This document shows, piece by piece, positions 31,838 to 43,400 of a stretch of DNA of 64,000 nt. The notes beneath the pieces are model-generated. The model had not been told where the DNA came from. It searched no databases and was given only the letters and a program-made list of their open reading frames with translations. The position numbers and the translations under genes were made by a program. Positions within the stretch are counted from its first letter, which is position 1. Every line of letters starts with the position of its first letter. This DNA comes from Thermoanaerobaculia bacterium (lineage in GTDB: Bacteria; Acidobacteriota; Thermoanaerobaculia; Multivoradales; JAHEKO01), in contig CAWAET010000017.1 in the NCBI GenBank assembly GCA_963781065.1, forward strand, positions 90,805-154,804, in the 5' to 3' direction.

Positions 31838-32539
31838 TTAGGAAAAGGGAAAACCCGGGTCCAGCCTTTTGGCGCCAATGGGCGGGTCTGCCTTACCGGT
31901 GAGCGGCTGCCTGAATGTGATCTTGAAGATCACCAACTCGTCTATGTACTCGCTATAGTCCCACACTTTTCCCAATGGATTGCGGATCCCATTCTGAGCC
32001 ATGATTGCATCCAGGGCCTCAGCTCGCTCAGCCTGGTTTTCCTTGTTGCTCTCCAGTATCGAGACCGTTCCAAAACCGATCACCGACCGGTAGCTCTGCC
32101 CAAAATGGCAAGGCTTTTCCGGATCATCGGGATGCTTCAATCCCTCGATTTGAGTTGTCTCGAAACAAACACTGGCATGTTCCTCGATCAGTCTGGTCTT
32201 GAGCCCCTCACATTCGGTCTTCCTGGAATGGAGATAGATCTTCTTGTGCTTGAAGCTATCGCCTTCATTCTTGTAGGCGTATCCCATCGGGATCACATAC
32301 GGCATGGGCAAGTACTTCTTGGCGAACCGGGAAGGTGTCCCTTCAACCGTGGCCTTTACCCGCCGAATCTCCCCGGTAGTATCCACCAGAGCGATTCGGC
32401 AAACCGTATTTGCCGCGAGAATCTCATCGATCTCTTTGGGATCTTGAATGTATTTTGCGAGGATAAACTCTTTCAGCTCCCAAGGCTCCGAAGCTTTATC
32501 GGACGGGCGCTTTGCGGAGATTTCAGGCGGGACTCCCAT
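31838..32539 (-). CDS. Pyridoxamine 5'-phosphate oxidase-like FMN-binding split-barrel protein (general-stress-26/Nim-like)
   Basis: 233 aa at clearly lower GC (about 50%) than the flanks. PNPOx-like signature (ANTVCRIALVD...), FMN-binding-type core. Family assignment by eye. Confidence 0.5.
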   Translation of the reverse strand: MGVPPEISAKRPSDKASEPWELKEFILAKYIQDPKEIDEILAANTVCRIALVDTTGEIRRVKATVEGTPSRFAKKYLPMPYVIPMGYAYKNEGDSFKHKKIYLHSRKTECEGLKTRLIEEHASVCFETTQIEGLKHPDDPEKPCHFGQSYRSVIGFGTVSILESNKENQAERAEALDAIMAQNGIRNPLGKVWDYSEYIDELVIFKITFRQPLTGKADPPIGAKRLDPGFPFS

Positions 32540-32731
32540 AAGTTGCTCCCATAAGTGTCAGGACCGACTGGCTGGCCGGAAACGAGGCCGAGGGCTTCTT
32601 CAAGCTGGCCCGGGGTTCCCAGGTGAACTCTTGTCCCGGGTCGCTCCTCCCCAGGCTTCACACAGCGGAGCAGTACGTCAACACCCTCAGGGGTGGGAAG
32701 TCAGGCCCGCTCAGGTCCCAGGACCGCGAGG

Positions 32732-33997
32732 TCAGGGAGACGTCTCCTTCTCGGTCTCAACCCCATCGGTGGGATCGGCGAGGATCGACAGGCGGACGCG
32801 ACGGGCCCGGTGCTGGCGCACCTCGAGCACTTCGGCCTCAAGTTCGTCGAGACGGATCTTGTCTCCGACTCTCGGAAGGCGGCCGAGCTCGGATGTCAGC
32901 AGGCCCGAGAGCGTAAACACACCAGGCCGCCCGACCCATATCTCGAGCTCCTGATTGAGCCGGGTGAGGGGTAGCTGACCCTGGGCGATCCAGGTTCCGG
33001 CGTCGCCCTCGACGAGCTCCGGCTCCTCGGCGTCGAACTCGTCCTGCACCGCACCAACGAGCTGCTCGATCACGTTCTCGAGGGTGATCACACCCACCGC
33101 CGAGCCTAGCTCGTCGACCACCAATGACATGTGCGAGCGGCTGGACTGCATCACCCGCAGCACTTTTCGAATCGGTAGGAGATCGGGGAACCGCTCGAGC
33201 GGCCTGGCGAAGGTGTCAAGATCGACGATCTCGTCACGGGACGAGCCGACCAGATCCTTGACGTGGATGACACCGACAGCGTCGTCGAGGGAGCCCCGGC
33301 AAAGTGGGTATCGGGTGTGCTTGCGCTCGTCGACCACACTCAGACACCGGTCGAGGGACCAGCCGGCGTCAATCGTGACCACCTCGTGTCGCGGCACCAT
33401 GATCTGGCGGACCGTGGTTTCGTCGAACTTCAAGACCGCGGTCAATAGCTCGAGCTCGGTCGGGCTCACCTCGCCCTCTTTGGCGCCGAGCTGGATCATG
33501 GCGAGGATCTCCCCCACCGTGGTGACCGGGGCCGAGTGGCCGCGAGTGACCAGCGATGAGAGCTTCTCGGTGACCCATATCGCCGGAGCCAGCGCCTTGC
33601 GGATTGCGAGGAGGGGCCACACCAGAAACGGCCACAGGCCTCGCCAGTGGACGGCGCCGTAGGTCTTCGGGAGGATCTCGGCGAACATCAGGATCGCAAA
33701 GGTCAGCCCGACCGAGAAGAGGGGCACGGCCCCGACCCCGAGCTCGCTAGCGGCGAGCATGCCGGCGATCGTGGCTCCGGCTGTGTTGGCGATCGTGTTC
33801 AGGATGAGGATCGCGGCCGTCGGCTCGGCGATCTCTCGCTTGAGGGCGAGGAAGGCCTCGGCGCCCTGAACATGCCGTCCCTGGGCTCTCGCCGCTTCGA
33901 GAGTGGCGACCCGGGTCGAGTAGAGGGTCGCCTCGAAGAGCGAGCAGAAAGCCGACACGAGCAGGGTTACGGCGACGACGGTCAGAAGAAGGCTCAT
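32732..33997 (-). CDS. CNNM/HlyC/CorC-family transporter (DUF21 transmembrane domain + CBS pair + CorC_HlyC)
   Basis: N-terminal 4-TM DUF21, tandem CBS (VRQIMVPRHEVVTI..., VIHVKDL...) and C-terminal transporter-associated domain. Confidence 0.8.
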   Translation of the reverse strand: MSLLLTVVAVTLLVSAFCSLFEATLYSTRVATLEAARAQGRHVQGAEAFLALKREIAEPTAAILILNTIANTAGATIAGMLAASELGVGAVPLFSVGLTFAILMFAEILPKTYGAVHWRGLWPFLVWPLLAIRKALAPAIWVTEKLSSLVTRGHSAPVTTVGEILAMIQLGAKEGEVSPTELELLTAVLKFDETTVRQIMVPRHEVVTIDAGWSLDRCLSVVDERKHTRYPLCRGSLDDAVGVIHVKDLVGSSRDEIVDLDTFARPLERFPDLLPIRKVLRVMQSSRSHMSLVVDELGSAVGVITLENVIEQLVGAVQDEFDAEEPELVEGDAGTWIAQGQLPLTRLNQELEIWVGRPGVFTLSGLLTSELGRLPRVGDKIRLDELEAEVLEVRQHRARRVRLSILADPTDGVETEKETSP

Positions 33998-34221
33998 GGC
34001 TCAGCTCCCGTAGTTTCAGAGGGTCTTCGAGGGGCGGCCGTCGAGGAGCACGGCCCGCAGGAAGGCATGGGGCGGGTCGTGAGGATATCGCGAATCCGAC
34101 CGAGCCAAAGGCCGGGCCACCGATCGTAGCGTTCTGGATTCCATGCAAGACCACGCTCAACTGGCAAAGGCCTGCCTTCGCGACGGAGGGCTCGCTGAAC
34201 CGGACGGCGCCCTCAGCCGTG

Positions 34222-34467
34222 TCAGTCCCCGGCGAGCTTGCGCTCGAGTTCCTCTAGCGAGACCGTCGCTTCCCCTCGCCGGTCCTCGATCAGCTTCCAG
34301 AGCTCGGAGCTAGTCTCCAGAACCACGGTTTCCCAATCCTGGCCTTCTACCCCGACGAGGACTGCGGCCGGCTGGCCGTGCCGCGTGACCACGACGCGGT
34401 CGTCCTGCGCGGAGTCCACCGCCTTCTTGACGCTCTTTTGAAGGTCTCGCACAGTGACTGTCTTCAT
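34222..34467 (-). CDS. Type II antitoxin, Phd/YefM family
   Basis: 81 aa, MKTVTVRDLQKSVKKAVDSAQDDRVVVTRHGQPAAVLV... Overlaps the toxin stop by 4 nt. Confidence 0.65.
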   Translation of the reverse strand: MKTVTVRDLQKSVKKAVDSAQDDRVVVTRHGQPAAVLVGVEGQDWETVVLETSSELWKLIEDRRGEATVSLEELERKLAGD

Positions 34468-34769
34468 CGGATCTCCTCCGTCGTGAGGTGCGGCGGCTTC
34501 CGCCTCACGGCCCGCACGAACACCCGCCGGTCCTCCTCGGCGACATCGTAGAAGACGCGATAGTCGCCGACACGCAGCTGCCAGATCGGCGGCACCGCCT
34601 CGAAGGGAGGTACCAGCTTGCGCAGCTGCTTGAGGTGTTTCGTGGGCCTGGTCGGCTCATGGGACAGCTTCCGCTCAATCTCGTCCAGGATCCTCTGGCG
34701 CTCGCGGGCGCGTAGCTTCTTCACGTCCTTGACGACGCTGACCGCGAAGCGAACTTCGTACACGCACAT
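34464..34769 (-). CDS. Type II toxin, RelE/ParE superfamily
   Basis: 101 aa with ...WQLRVGDYRVFYDVAEEDRRVFVRAVRRK. The toxin gene precedes the antitoxin (reverse order). A palindrome lies immediately upstream. Confidence 0.7.
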   Translation of the reverse strand: MCVYEVRFAVSVVKDVKKLRARERQRILDEIERKLSHEPTRPTKHLKQLRKLVPPFEAVPPIWQLRVGDYRVFYDVAEEDRRVFVRAVRRKPPHLTTEEIR

Positions 34770-34802
34770 ATGTTTGCATATGCAGACTCTCAGGGCAAGG
34801 CC
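34770..34802 (-). promoter_or_regulatory. Candidate toxin-antitoxin operator: palindrome TGCATATGCA immediately upstream of the toxin start
   Basis: The + strand reads ...CACATATGTTTGCATATGCAGACTCT directly 5' of ATG 34769 (minus-strand orientation). Confidence 0.4.
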
Positions 34803-35150
34803 GCCGGCTACCGGAAGCCCGCGCCCACTCGGGCTGGGCGGGCCGGCGACTCAGACCAACTGGCCCTGTCGAAGGGAAGACGCTCGTAGACCCCGGAACG
34901 AAGCGAGGTCAGGATCTCGGGCACCTCTTCCTCGGCGGCCAGGAAGAACCAGGCGGCGAGGACGAACTCGGGCTGCCAGGTGGCCAGGCCGGGCCGGGCC
35001 CTGGCGCCTAGTCGGCACCTAATCGGTAGTTGCCACCCCGCCGGGTGGTGCCTGCTTCGTCATCGACAACCTAGCCTAACCAAGCTACCTGACACGCAGG
35101 AGAGTTGCGAGTTCTCCTGCTTTCAAATGCCGGCTTCTGAGGACCAACCC

Positions 35151-37454
35151 ATGACCACGAAGGTAACTGCAATCCAAAGGAAAGTGCTCGACGCCCCGGT
35201 GGTCGAGTGCCCCGTGCTCTCCGGAACGGCGCACGATGCCTTGCTGGTGCTGACAGAGACGACACTGCAGGCGTTTGACACGAGCCTCCGTCTGTGGCCG
35301 AAGTGGACGCACAAATTCCCCGCCGGTGCCTGCCCCAAGGGCCTGACGGTGTCGAACGACGTGGCTTATTGCGTGGCCGGGAACACGCTCTACGCCCTGC
35401 ACGTCGACGACGGGACGAGACCGAAGGAATGGAAAGAAGGATTCTTCAAGAGCACCTCCGGCAACGACTTCTTGCCCCCGGTCGCGCATGAAGGCCAGGA
35501 CCACATCTATGTCATCGACGAAGGGGGCACCGTCTACAAGGTCTCACGCGACTGGGGAACTGACCGCGGCTCAGCCGGCTGGCAGGTGACTCCGCAAGCC
35601 GGCCTGGTGAACTGGCCGCCGGCCACCGACGGCACCTGGCTCTACTATCAAGTCGATCACTACCTGCTGGCCATCGACTTGGAAAGTGGTGCCGAGCAAT
35701 GGCGCTTGAATCTGAAGGAATACGATGACGCATCGGACGGGTGGACAGCCGCGTCTCCGCTGATCGCGTGGCAAAGGAGAAGCGAAGGATACATGAGTGT
35801 GATCCTGCGCGACGACCGCTCCTTCTGCTGGATACTCGTGACGCGGAGTGACCTGAGCACCAAGAAGCTACCAAGCTGCTTGACGACTTTGACAGACGGC
35901 GAGTCGAGGTCTGCAAAGGTCCTCCATCTACGGCAGGAGGCTGGCATGGCAATATGCCATCCCCCAGCAGGACAGCCTGTCATCGACCCTAGTCCGTGGG
36001 ACTTCTCGACAGCCCTATTCTCATGGATTCCTCTCGATGAACCGCAAAAAGTCAGTCCGATCGGGTGCCCGTGGTACACCGAACCGCGGTCATGGCGCCG
36101 CTTTGCCGGCAAGAGCCTTGGAACCGCGCTGTACGGCGCGGCAAACCCTCCCGCGAAGGCACCGCCGACCTTCCTGCTGGCCGTCGACGATACCGTCCAA
36201 CTCCGGCGCACCGATCACCTCGCTACCGTGATCGGCGAGTACACGATCGACCTGCAGCGCTCCCATGGCCCGGTTTGCAGTGGCGATCGCAAGGTCTACA
36301 TGACCGGGACCGCGCTCGTAGATGGAAAAGAAGCCACTTTTGTGTCGGAGTATGTCGAATTCTCTCCCGACCCCAAGGCGCCTGGCCTCACGACCTGGAG
36401 GAAGATGGACCTCGGCACGCCCTCGGTTCCCAAATGGTCGGAGTGTGCGTTCGCTCACGCCAAGTTGCCCAACACAGGCAACAACGAGAACTGGACCCGC
36501 GTGTTGATAGTAACCACGTGGGATGAGTGGGGAGGAAGCGTCGAGGTATGGCGACTAGATCAGCTTGAAGTGTCGCAACCCGTACCGGGCGGCTTCAGTG
36601 GGCCGATATCCGCAGGTGTGGGTGTCTTCGAGAGAGAGGTTGACGGGAAGACCTTTCTACTGGCCCCCGATTCGACATACAACACGGTAACCGTAGCAGA
36701 GCTGCCATCCCGGTCGAGCACGACATTGCAGGTGACGAACCCGGCCGCCATCTGCATCGACGACACTCCTGAAGGAACTGCCTACATCGTCCAAGACTCC
36801 GCCACGGTCAAGCTCGAGCTTTCCGGCGATCCCGCCAGTTGGAAGAACCGGCACACGATCCCGACGGTAAAGGAATCGATCGCGATTGCCGTCCTGCCGT
36901 GCCTATCTTGCGGGGATCATGCGCCCCACATCATCAGCCGCACGGGTTCCATGACCGCGGACTTCCCCGAGTGGAAAACGTTTTCTGTCGATCTGGGCAT
37001 GAGCCACCCCTTCCGGATCGCCGGTACCGGTTGCCCACCTTGGGCCGCCTCTCTCTATATCGCCAACCGCCCGCCGATGGCGCCCAATGCCGACTACAGC
37101 GTCCACGTGTTTCAGGTCTCAATGAACGAGAAGGGGGACTCACCCAGCTACCAGAGCGTCAAGACGATTCCGCTCATAGGCAGCGACGGCCAGCCGCGCG
37201 CACCCTATGACCTCGCCCTGGTGCCTGGCGGCAAGTGGCTGCTGGTCACCGGACAGCTCGTCCAGGGCCTGGACTATTCGGAGGGCGCTACCGGCGAGAT
37301 CTTCGTGATCGACACCCTGAGCTACCAGATCGCGGCACAACTTGCGCCCGGAATAGCAGGGGATCCACAGGGCATCGCCGTGGCCCCCGAACGGGACAAG
37401 GTGGCATGGTTGACCAGCGAGCTGAACGTCGTCGTGGCCGACCTCACCTGGTAA
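35151..37454 (+). CDS. Large beta-propeller (PQQ/BamB-like repeat) protein, 767 aa, no signal peptide
   Basis: ATG after GAGGA. Recurrent TLYALH/IYVIDEGGTVYKV/YLLAIDLESGAEQW blade-like repeats. GC about 60%, lower than the core. 38 bp upstream of the giant gene. Confidence 0.55.
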   Translation: MTTKVTAIQRKVLDAPVVECPVLSGTAHDALLVLTETTLQAFDTSLRLWPKWTHKFPAGACPKGLTVSNDVAYCVAGNTLYALHVDDGTRPKEWKEGFFKSTSGNDFLPPVAHEGQDHIYVIDEGGTVYKVSRDWGTDRGSAGWQVTPQAGLVNWPPATDGTWLYYQVDHYLLAIDLESGAEQWRLNLKEYDDASDGWTAASPLIAWQRRSEGYMSVILRDDRSFCWILVTRSDLSTKKLPSCLTTLTDGESRSAKVLHLRQEAGMAICHPPAGQPVIDPSPWDFSTALFSWIPLDEPQKVSPIGCPWYTEPRSWRRFAGKSLGTALYGAANPPAKAPPTFLLAVDDTVQLRRTDHLATVIGEYTIDLQRSHGPVCSGDRKVYMTGTALVDGKEATFVSEYVEFSPDPKAPGLTTWRKMDLGTPSVPKWSECAFAHAKLPNTGNNENWTRVLIVTTWDEWGGSVEVWRLDQLEVSQPVPGGFSGPISAGVGVFEREVDGKTFLLAPDSTYNTVTVAELPSRSSTTLQVTNPAAICIDDTPEGTAYIVQDSATVKLELSGDPASWKNRHTIPTVKESIAIAVLPCLSCGDHAPHIISRTGSMTADFPEWKTFSVDLGMSHPFRIAGTGCPPWAASLYIANRPPMAPNADYSVHVFQVSMNEKGDSPSYQSVKTIPLIGSDGQPRAPYDLALVPGGKWLLVTGQLVQGLDYSEGATGEIFVIDTLSYQIAAQLAPGIAGDPQGIAVAPERDKVAWLTSELNVVVADLTW

Positions 37455-37492
37455 CCAGTTCCGCAGAACTCCGAAGCCATAGAAAGGAACCC

Positions 37493-40400
37493 ATGAGCAA
37501 AGCGAGTACCGGCCCTTGGAAGAAGTCCTTCATCACCGAGTCCAGGAAACTCAGCACCGCGCCGCACATAGCGGGCGACGTGCTCGTCGTATCTGGCGCC
37601 AACCACCTCTACGGAGTGAGCATCTACGACTCCGCGAACGTCTGGCAGCATTCGGTCACGGCGCCCGTTACCGACCTCTCCAGCGCCGGCGGTACGGTCT
37701 TCTTCCTGGGAACTCCCGCTGATTGGGGTGGGGATGACAACCCGTTCGTGGACAACATCCTTGTCGCGATCGACGCCGGCACGGGAACGGTCAAGCAGGA
37801 GTGGCTGACGGCCACCAAGGACATTTCCGACCTGCAAAGCCCGCGCGTGGAAGGCGGTGTGGTTCTGATCAGCACCTCGGACGGCGGGCTCTATGGATTC
37901 GACAGCCAGACTGCCGACCAGCTCTGGATGACGAGAATCGGGGAGGGCGCGACGCCCCAGCACCCGAGCGTTGGGCACGGCGCGGTCTTCGCCTTCGCCA
38001 ACGACAAGCTCTATGCCGTCAACGTCCGCAGCGGCCAGCAGCGCTTCTGCTTCGACGGCGACGGCGATTCGTTGGCCGCCCGATCCGCCGCCCTGGTCGG
38101 AGACGGCCTGGTCATCGTCAGCGGCCAGGCTCACCTGCACGCCCTGGACTGGAACACGGGAGAGGCCGTTTGGAAGATCGATGTGCCGGCCGGCCAGACG
38201 TGGAACACGCCAGTTGTCTCCTGGGACGGCGGCTGCCTGTTCGTGACCAGCACCCAGGGTCATGTGTACGCTTACCCGCTCGCGGCCGACGAACGCGATG
38301 CCCTGCGAAAGGCGACCGGCGAAGCCCACTTCTGGAACAGCACGGTCGACGACCTGGCGAGATCTTCAAACCTCTCGATGACCGACCCGGCCGCGCAGGC
38401 GCCGATCCTCGAGGAGGACGTCACCCTGGTGGACGTGGCCACCGGCCGTCTGAGGAAGGGCAGCAGGGTGTTCGTGCCGGCAAGCAGCGCCGCCATGGGA
38501 GCAGTGTTCGTCCTCGATCTGACGATCGACGGCAGCCGGGCCACAGACGAGAAGTACGCCGTGGAGCTCGGCTCGCACGTCGAGGTGCAGGACCCGCCGC
38601 GGGACAAAGCTCCGGCTCCGGCTGTCGCCAACGGCACGGTGTTCACCTCCTCCCGCAGCGGCGAGGTGACCGCGACCTCCTTCGTCGAGACCACCGCGCC
38701 GTTCTTCAGCGGAAAACCGAAGGTGACCGTCCCCGAGTCCGATGACTACCTGCTAGGCGCCGGCCCCTTCAGCGTCGAGGCCTGGGTGCGCACGACCGCC
38801 GGCGGCACCGTCCCGTTCCGCTCCCCGACAACCGCCGGCAAGACCGGTTTCCGCCTCGAGGTGGTCAACGACGCGTTTTTCTCGACAACCCAGACGCCGA
38901 GCGCTACGGGGACGGGCGCGTGGTCTTCTCGCTGGGCTCGGCAGAGACGTCCGCCGCGACCTCACCCGTCGCCTCGATCCTGCTCTTCGCCCAGTCGTCG
39001 GCGACTCCCATCGCCGACGGCCGCTGCCCCTGGCCTCATCCGCAAAGGCGACGAAGTCGAGATCTTCGTCGACGGTACGAGCCTGCCGGTCGACACCATG
39101 CTCCACCTGTCCCTGGTGCCCGAGGAGCACCGGAACCAGCTGCCGCCCAATCTGAGTGTTCTTTCCCCCTTCGATCTTGCCGCGCGACCTGATCGTCCCC
39201 GAGGTGGACTCGCCCGAGGCCCTGATCATCGGCGGCGACAGCCCCTCCGATCCCGTCTTCGAAGACGCCGATGTCAAGGGCTTTACCGGGCTCATCGCGG
39301 ACGTGCGCCTGTGGAGCACGCCTCTCGGTGCCCGCCAGATTCAAGACCGCGCGAGCAAGGAGCTGAAGGGGAACGAGCCGGGCCTGCTCGGCGACTGGCC
39401 CCTCAACCAGGCGGAGCCCAAGGACTTCAAAGACCTCTGCCACCACGACCGCAAGGTCGACTCGGCCACAGGAGTCAGCCTCAAGCCGACCAACCTGAGC
39501 CTGGACAACAGCCTCTTCCCCTACCTGCTCGACAGCGTCACGGCGGAGTGGCCCAACAAGGAACGCTGGATCGCGCGCGGCGAGGACGCGCCCCGTGGTC
39601 GCCCGGCCGCCTGCGGCGAGGTGCTGGCCTTCACCACCGACCAGTGGCTCTACGCCATCGATGCCGTTCACGGCACACGCAGATGGGCGCGCGAGCTCGC
39701 GTCGCCGAGCGAGCCGGCGTCCGACCGAAAGACCTTCTACGTCACGTCGGGCACGAAGGTCGTCGCCGTCGACGCCGAGACTGGCGGCAGCCCGTGGCAG
39801 GCCATCGACCTGAGTGAGCAGAAGCCAGCCTCCGACGTACCCGCCGCCAGCGGGCCACTGCTAGCGGTTTCCAACCGGTGCGTCGTGGTCTCGGTCGATC
39901 GCAAGACGGTCTACTGGCTGGACAAAGGAACCGGCGAGGTCCTGGGCACCTACTCCGCGACCAGCGCCATCCGCGGCGAGCTGGCGGCTCGCCACGACAG
40001 CGTGTACCTCGCGGCCGACAAGCTCTACCGCTTCGCCGACGCGTCCCCAAGCGTCGTGGCGGCCTCGGCCCCCGTCGAGCTTCAGGCCGGCTCCGAGCCC
40101 CGGATGTGCGTCGAGCGCGGCCGGCTCTTCCTCTGGAGCGGCGCCTGGATCGAGTCGCTCGATGCGGGCACTCTGAAGGTGCCGCAGGTCGAGACGGCGA
40201 GCGGTTCCAAGTCCCAGGCCTGGGCACCGCCCAGCGTCCCCGCCGGCGAAGCGGTGGTGGGCCTCGCCGCTTCGGCGGCGGGCAACCGTCTGGTCGCAAC
40301 GACAGACCAAGGTCGTGTGCTGTTCCTGGATTACGGCTCGGGCGCCCAGGTGAGCACCGCCACCCTGCCCGGACTGACGATCCCATACGCCTTTGCGCCG

Positions 40401-43400
40401 GTGATCGAGGGCCAGACGGCCTACGTCACAGGCAAGGGCACCGGAGGCCAGATCCCCGGCGGCGTCTATGTCTACGATCTGGCACACGGGATGCTGCGCG
40501 CCCGTGCGGAGGTTGACTCACCCCCGGTGAGCGCGGCGTACGCCGGCTGCGGAGCGGCATACTTCGGCTGCGACGACGGTGGCCACAGCGACGCCGAAGC
40601 CATGCACTCGGTGGTCTTCGGTCAAAACCTGGCGCTTTATCGGAAAGGCAGCGAAGAGGCGCTCACCGTGCCTGGAGTAGCAGGCAAGTTCGCCGGGGCG
40701 TCCGCCTCGCCGGCGGCCAACGCCTTCGCCACCGGCACCTTCAGCCTCGAGCTGTGGATGAACGCCGCGCCGGCCGGCGACTACGAGCTGCTTTCGCTCC
40801 CGCCCTGGACTCACAGCGGCCACGACTACGGCGGCTTCCGGTTGGCCGTGAGCGGTGGAGGGCTCGTTGCCGACTTCCTCGCCGCCGGGTCGGCGCGGCG
40901 GTTCACCAGCATCGACACCGGGTTGACGGATCGGGCGTTGGCACCACGTGGCGGCGGCATTCCGAACCGGCGCCGACGGTCAACAACTTTGCCACCTCTT
41001 CGTCGACGGAGCGAAGCTCGCCAACACCAGCTACGAGGACTTGCAAGGCGTACCCGAGCCGGTGCAAGAGCCGGAGATCACCGTCGGAGGCAGTGGTGAC
41101 TCGACCTTCCGCGGAATGCTGGACGAAGTCCGCGTATGGAATACGTGGCTTCACGACGCTGAAGTGGCTGGGCGCTGCAACGTCAGGCTGTGCGGCGACG
41201 AGCCGGATCTGCTCGCCTGCTGGCGTTTCGACGATGCCGCGGTACTCGACGCCTCTCCCAATCAGCTCGGCCATGACCCGGTCGGCCCCCTGAGCCGCTG
41301 GCTCACCGACCTGAGCTTCGAGCAGCCGCGCTACCCGTTCCTGACCGCTTCGACCAAGGCCGGCGAGCTGGTCACGGCGCCCCTTTCCGAAGGCCACGGG
41401 CGAACCATCACCTCGGCCACCTTCACCACCACCATCACCGCGCGCCGGGCCGACGGTACGCCGAGGCCGGAGACAGAGCTCACAATCGACATTGCCAAGC
41501 CGGCCTCGGGAGAGATCCAGGTCGCGAGTGGAGCGACCAGTGCCGGCGGCCACGATGGCTGCACGACCTATAGCGCCAAGGCGGGAACCGACGGGCGGGC
41601 CGTTCTGCGCTGGAAGATCGAGGGAGTCGATTCGCACAAGCCGGTGGCCTCGCCGGTCCTCGAGGTCAACGCCGACTTCATGTACCCCAACGAACGCTTC
41701 CTGGTCAGCTCGGTCCGCGAGAGCCAGAGGCACGTTACGCTGCCGCCGCCGACGCTGACCGTCAAGTCCGCCATGCTCCAGGACTACGACTGGGCGCCCG
41801 GGGACACGCTCGGCACCAAGGGTGCAAACGGCGAGGTCGTTCTCCAGCCGGGCGTCGACATCACCGCGATCCGCACCACGATCACGGCGCTCTCGGGCGA
41901 CGGCAGCCCGCTGCCCGGCGAAGACCTGGAGATCTGGGCCGACGACCACGTCACCGTCGAGTGCCAGGGGACCGCCTATCCGGTCAATAAGAGCAACTCG
42001 GTCAAGCTCAAGACCGGGCACGACGGCACGGTCGTGCTGGTGATCCCCGATAAATCGACTCCCGATGGCAACCTCCTCGACGTACCCACGCTCCAGGTCC
42101 GGGCGGGGTTCATGCCGAGGAGCGCGCGCGTCGTCTTTGGCCCGGCCGAGCAGGGCCACAAGACCCTCTCCCAGGTCACTGGGGATCAGGTGGCGGGCAG
42201 GGCGAAACTCACCGCCGACCGGCCCAACCGGACTCCCCTGGTGCCGCAGGAGATCGCTAAACAAACCGACTCGAGCGAATCGGTGGCGAAGGCCTTGAAC
42301 CAGATGGCTCGGCTGACTGCCCAGCACGAGCCGCAAGGGACGACTCATGCCGGCGGCAGCGGAACGCCGCTGTGGTCGGGCGCTCAGGGCGACAACCCCG
42401 ACCTGGCACCGCCGGACGCCGTGGCGTCGATCCTCAAGGCGGCCCATCAGCGCTACCGGGCGCCGATCACGCCCGATTACATGTCGGCCAGGCACTTTGT
42501 CGTGTCCCTGGATGGCATGACCATGACCTATACGGAGTTCCACAGCGCAGAGGACCTCGACGCTCATCTGAAGACCAAGCTGGGCAAGACCTACACCGAG
42601 CTGACTCGGGACATCGCCTACGGCGGCCCCGACGACCCCGCCGGCGGCTGGTTCAAGAGCCTCAAACATCACATATCGAGTGCTTGGCACTCATTCAAGC
42701 ACGGCGTCACCCAAGCCTGGAACAAGGCCAAACACTTCGTGGTCAAGACCTGGGACGAAGCCAAGAAAGACCTCAAGCAGGTGGCGCATTTCGTGGAGGT
42801 GACGGTCGCCGACGACCTCAATGCGATCGGCAAGTGGGTCATCAAGACGGTCAAGGACGTCGTCACCCATGTGGTGGCCTTCCTCAAGAAGATCGGGACG
42901 CTGATCAAGGACGTCATCAATTTCCTGCGGGCGCTGTTCGATTGGCCGGTGACCCTGGAGATTCACGATGTGCTCAGGGAAACGATCAATCAGAACCTCC
43001 AAGGACTGAAGGCAGATCTGCAGAAGGTCCTGCCCCAGGAGGCAAAGCGCGCCTTTGCGGACGCCAAGAAGGCTCTCGACAAGGCACTCGGCGCAACGGG
43101 CAGCGGTGGTGGCGGCGCCCTGAGGGGTTACGGGCACCAGGCTTCGGGAACCTCGGCAAAGGTGCTCTCCCACGCGGGCAGCAACAAGTCGCACTACCTC
43201 CACCACAAGATCCGCGAGCACGGGCACGGCCACAGGTCGGTGCCTCGCGACCCCTTTCGTCAGGCGCCGACCGGAGACCCGCCTTTCGGAGAGATCGGCG
43301 CGCTCACCAGCCAGGGTGACCTAAACCTCAACCAAGCCTTCCAGCAGCTGGTCGGCGACCTCCAAGCCCTTCTGGATCAGCCGGGAGGCCTCACCGCGCT

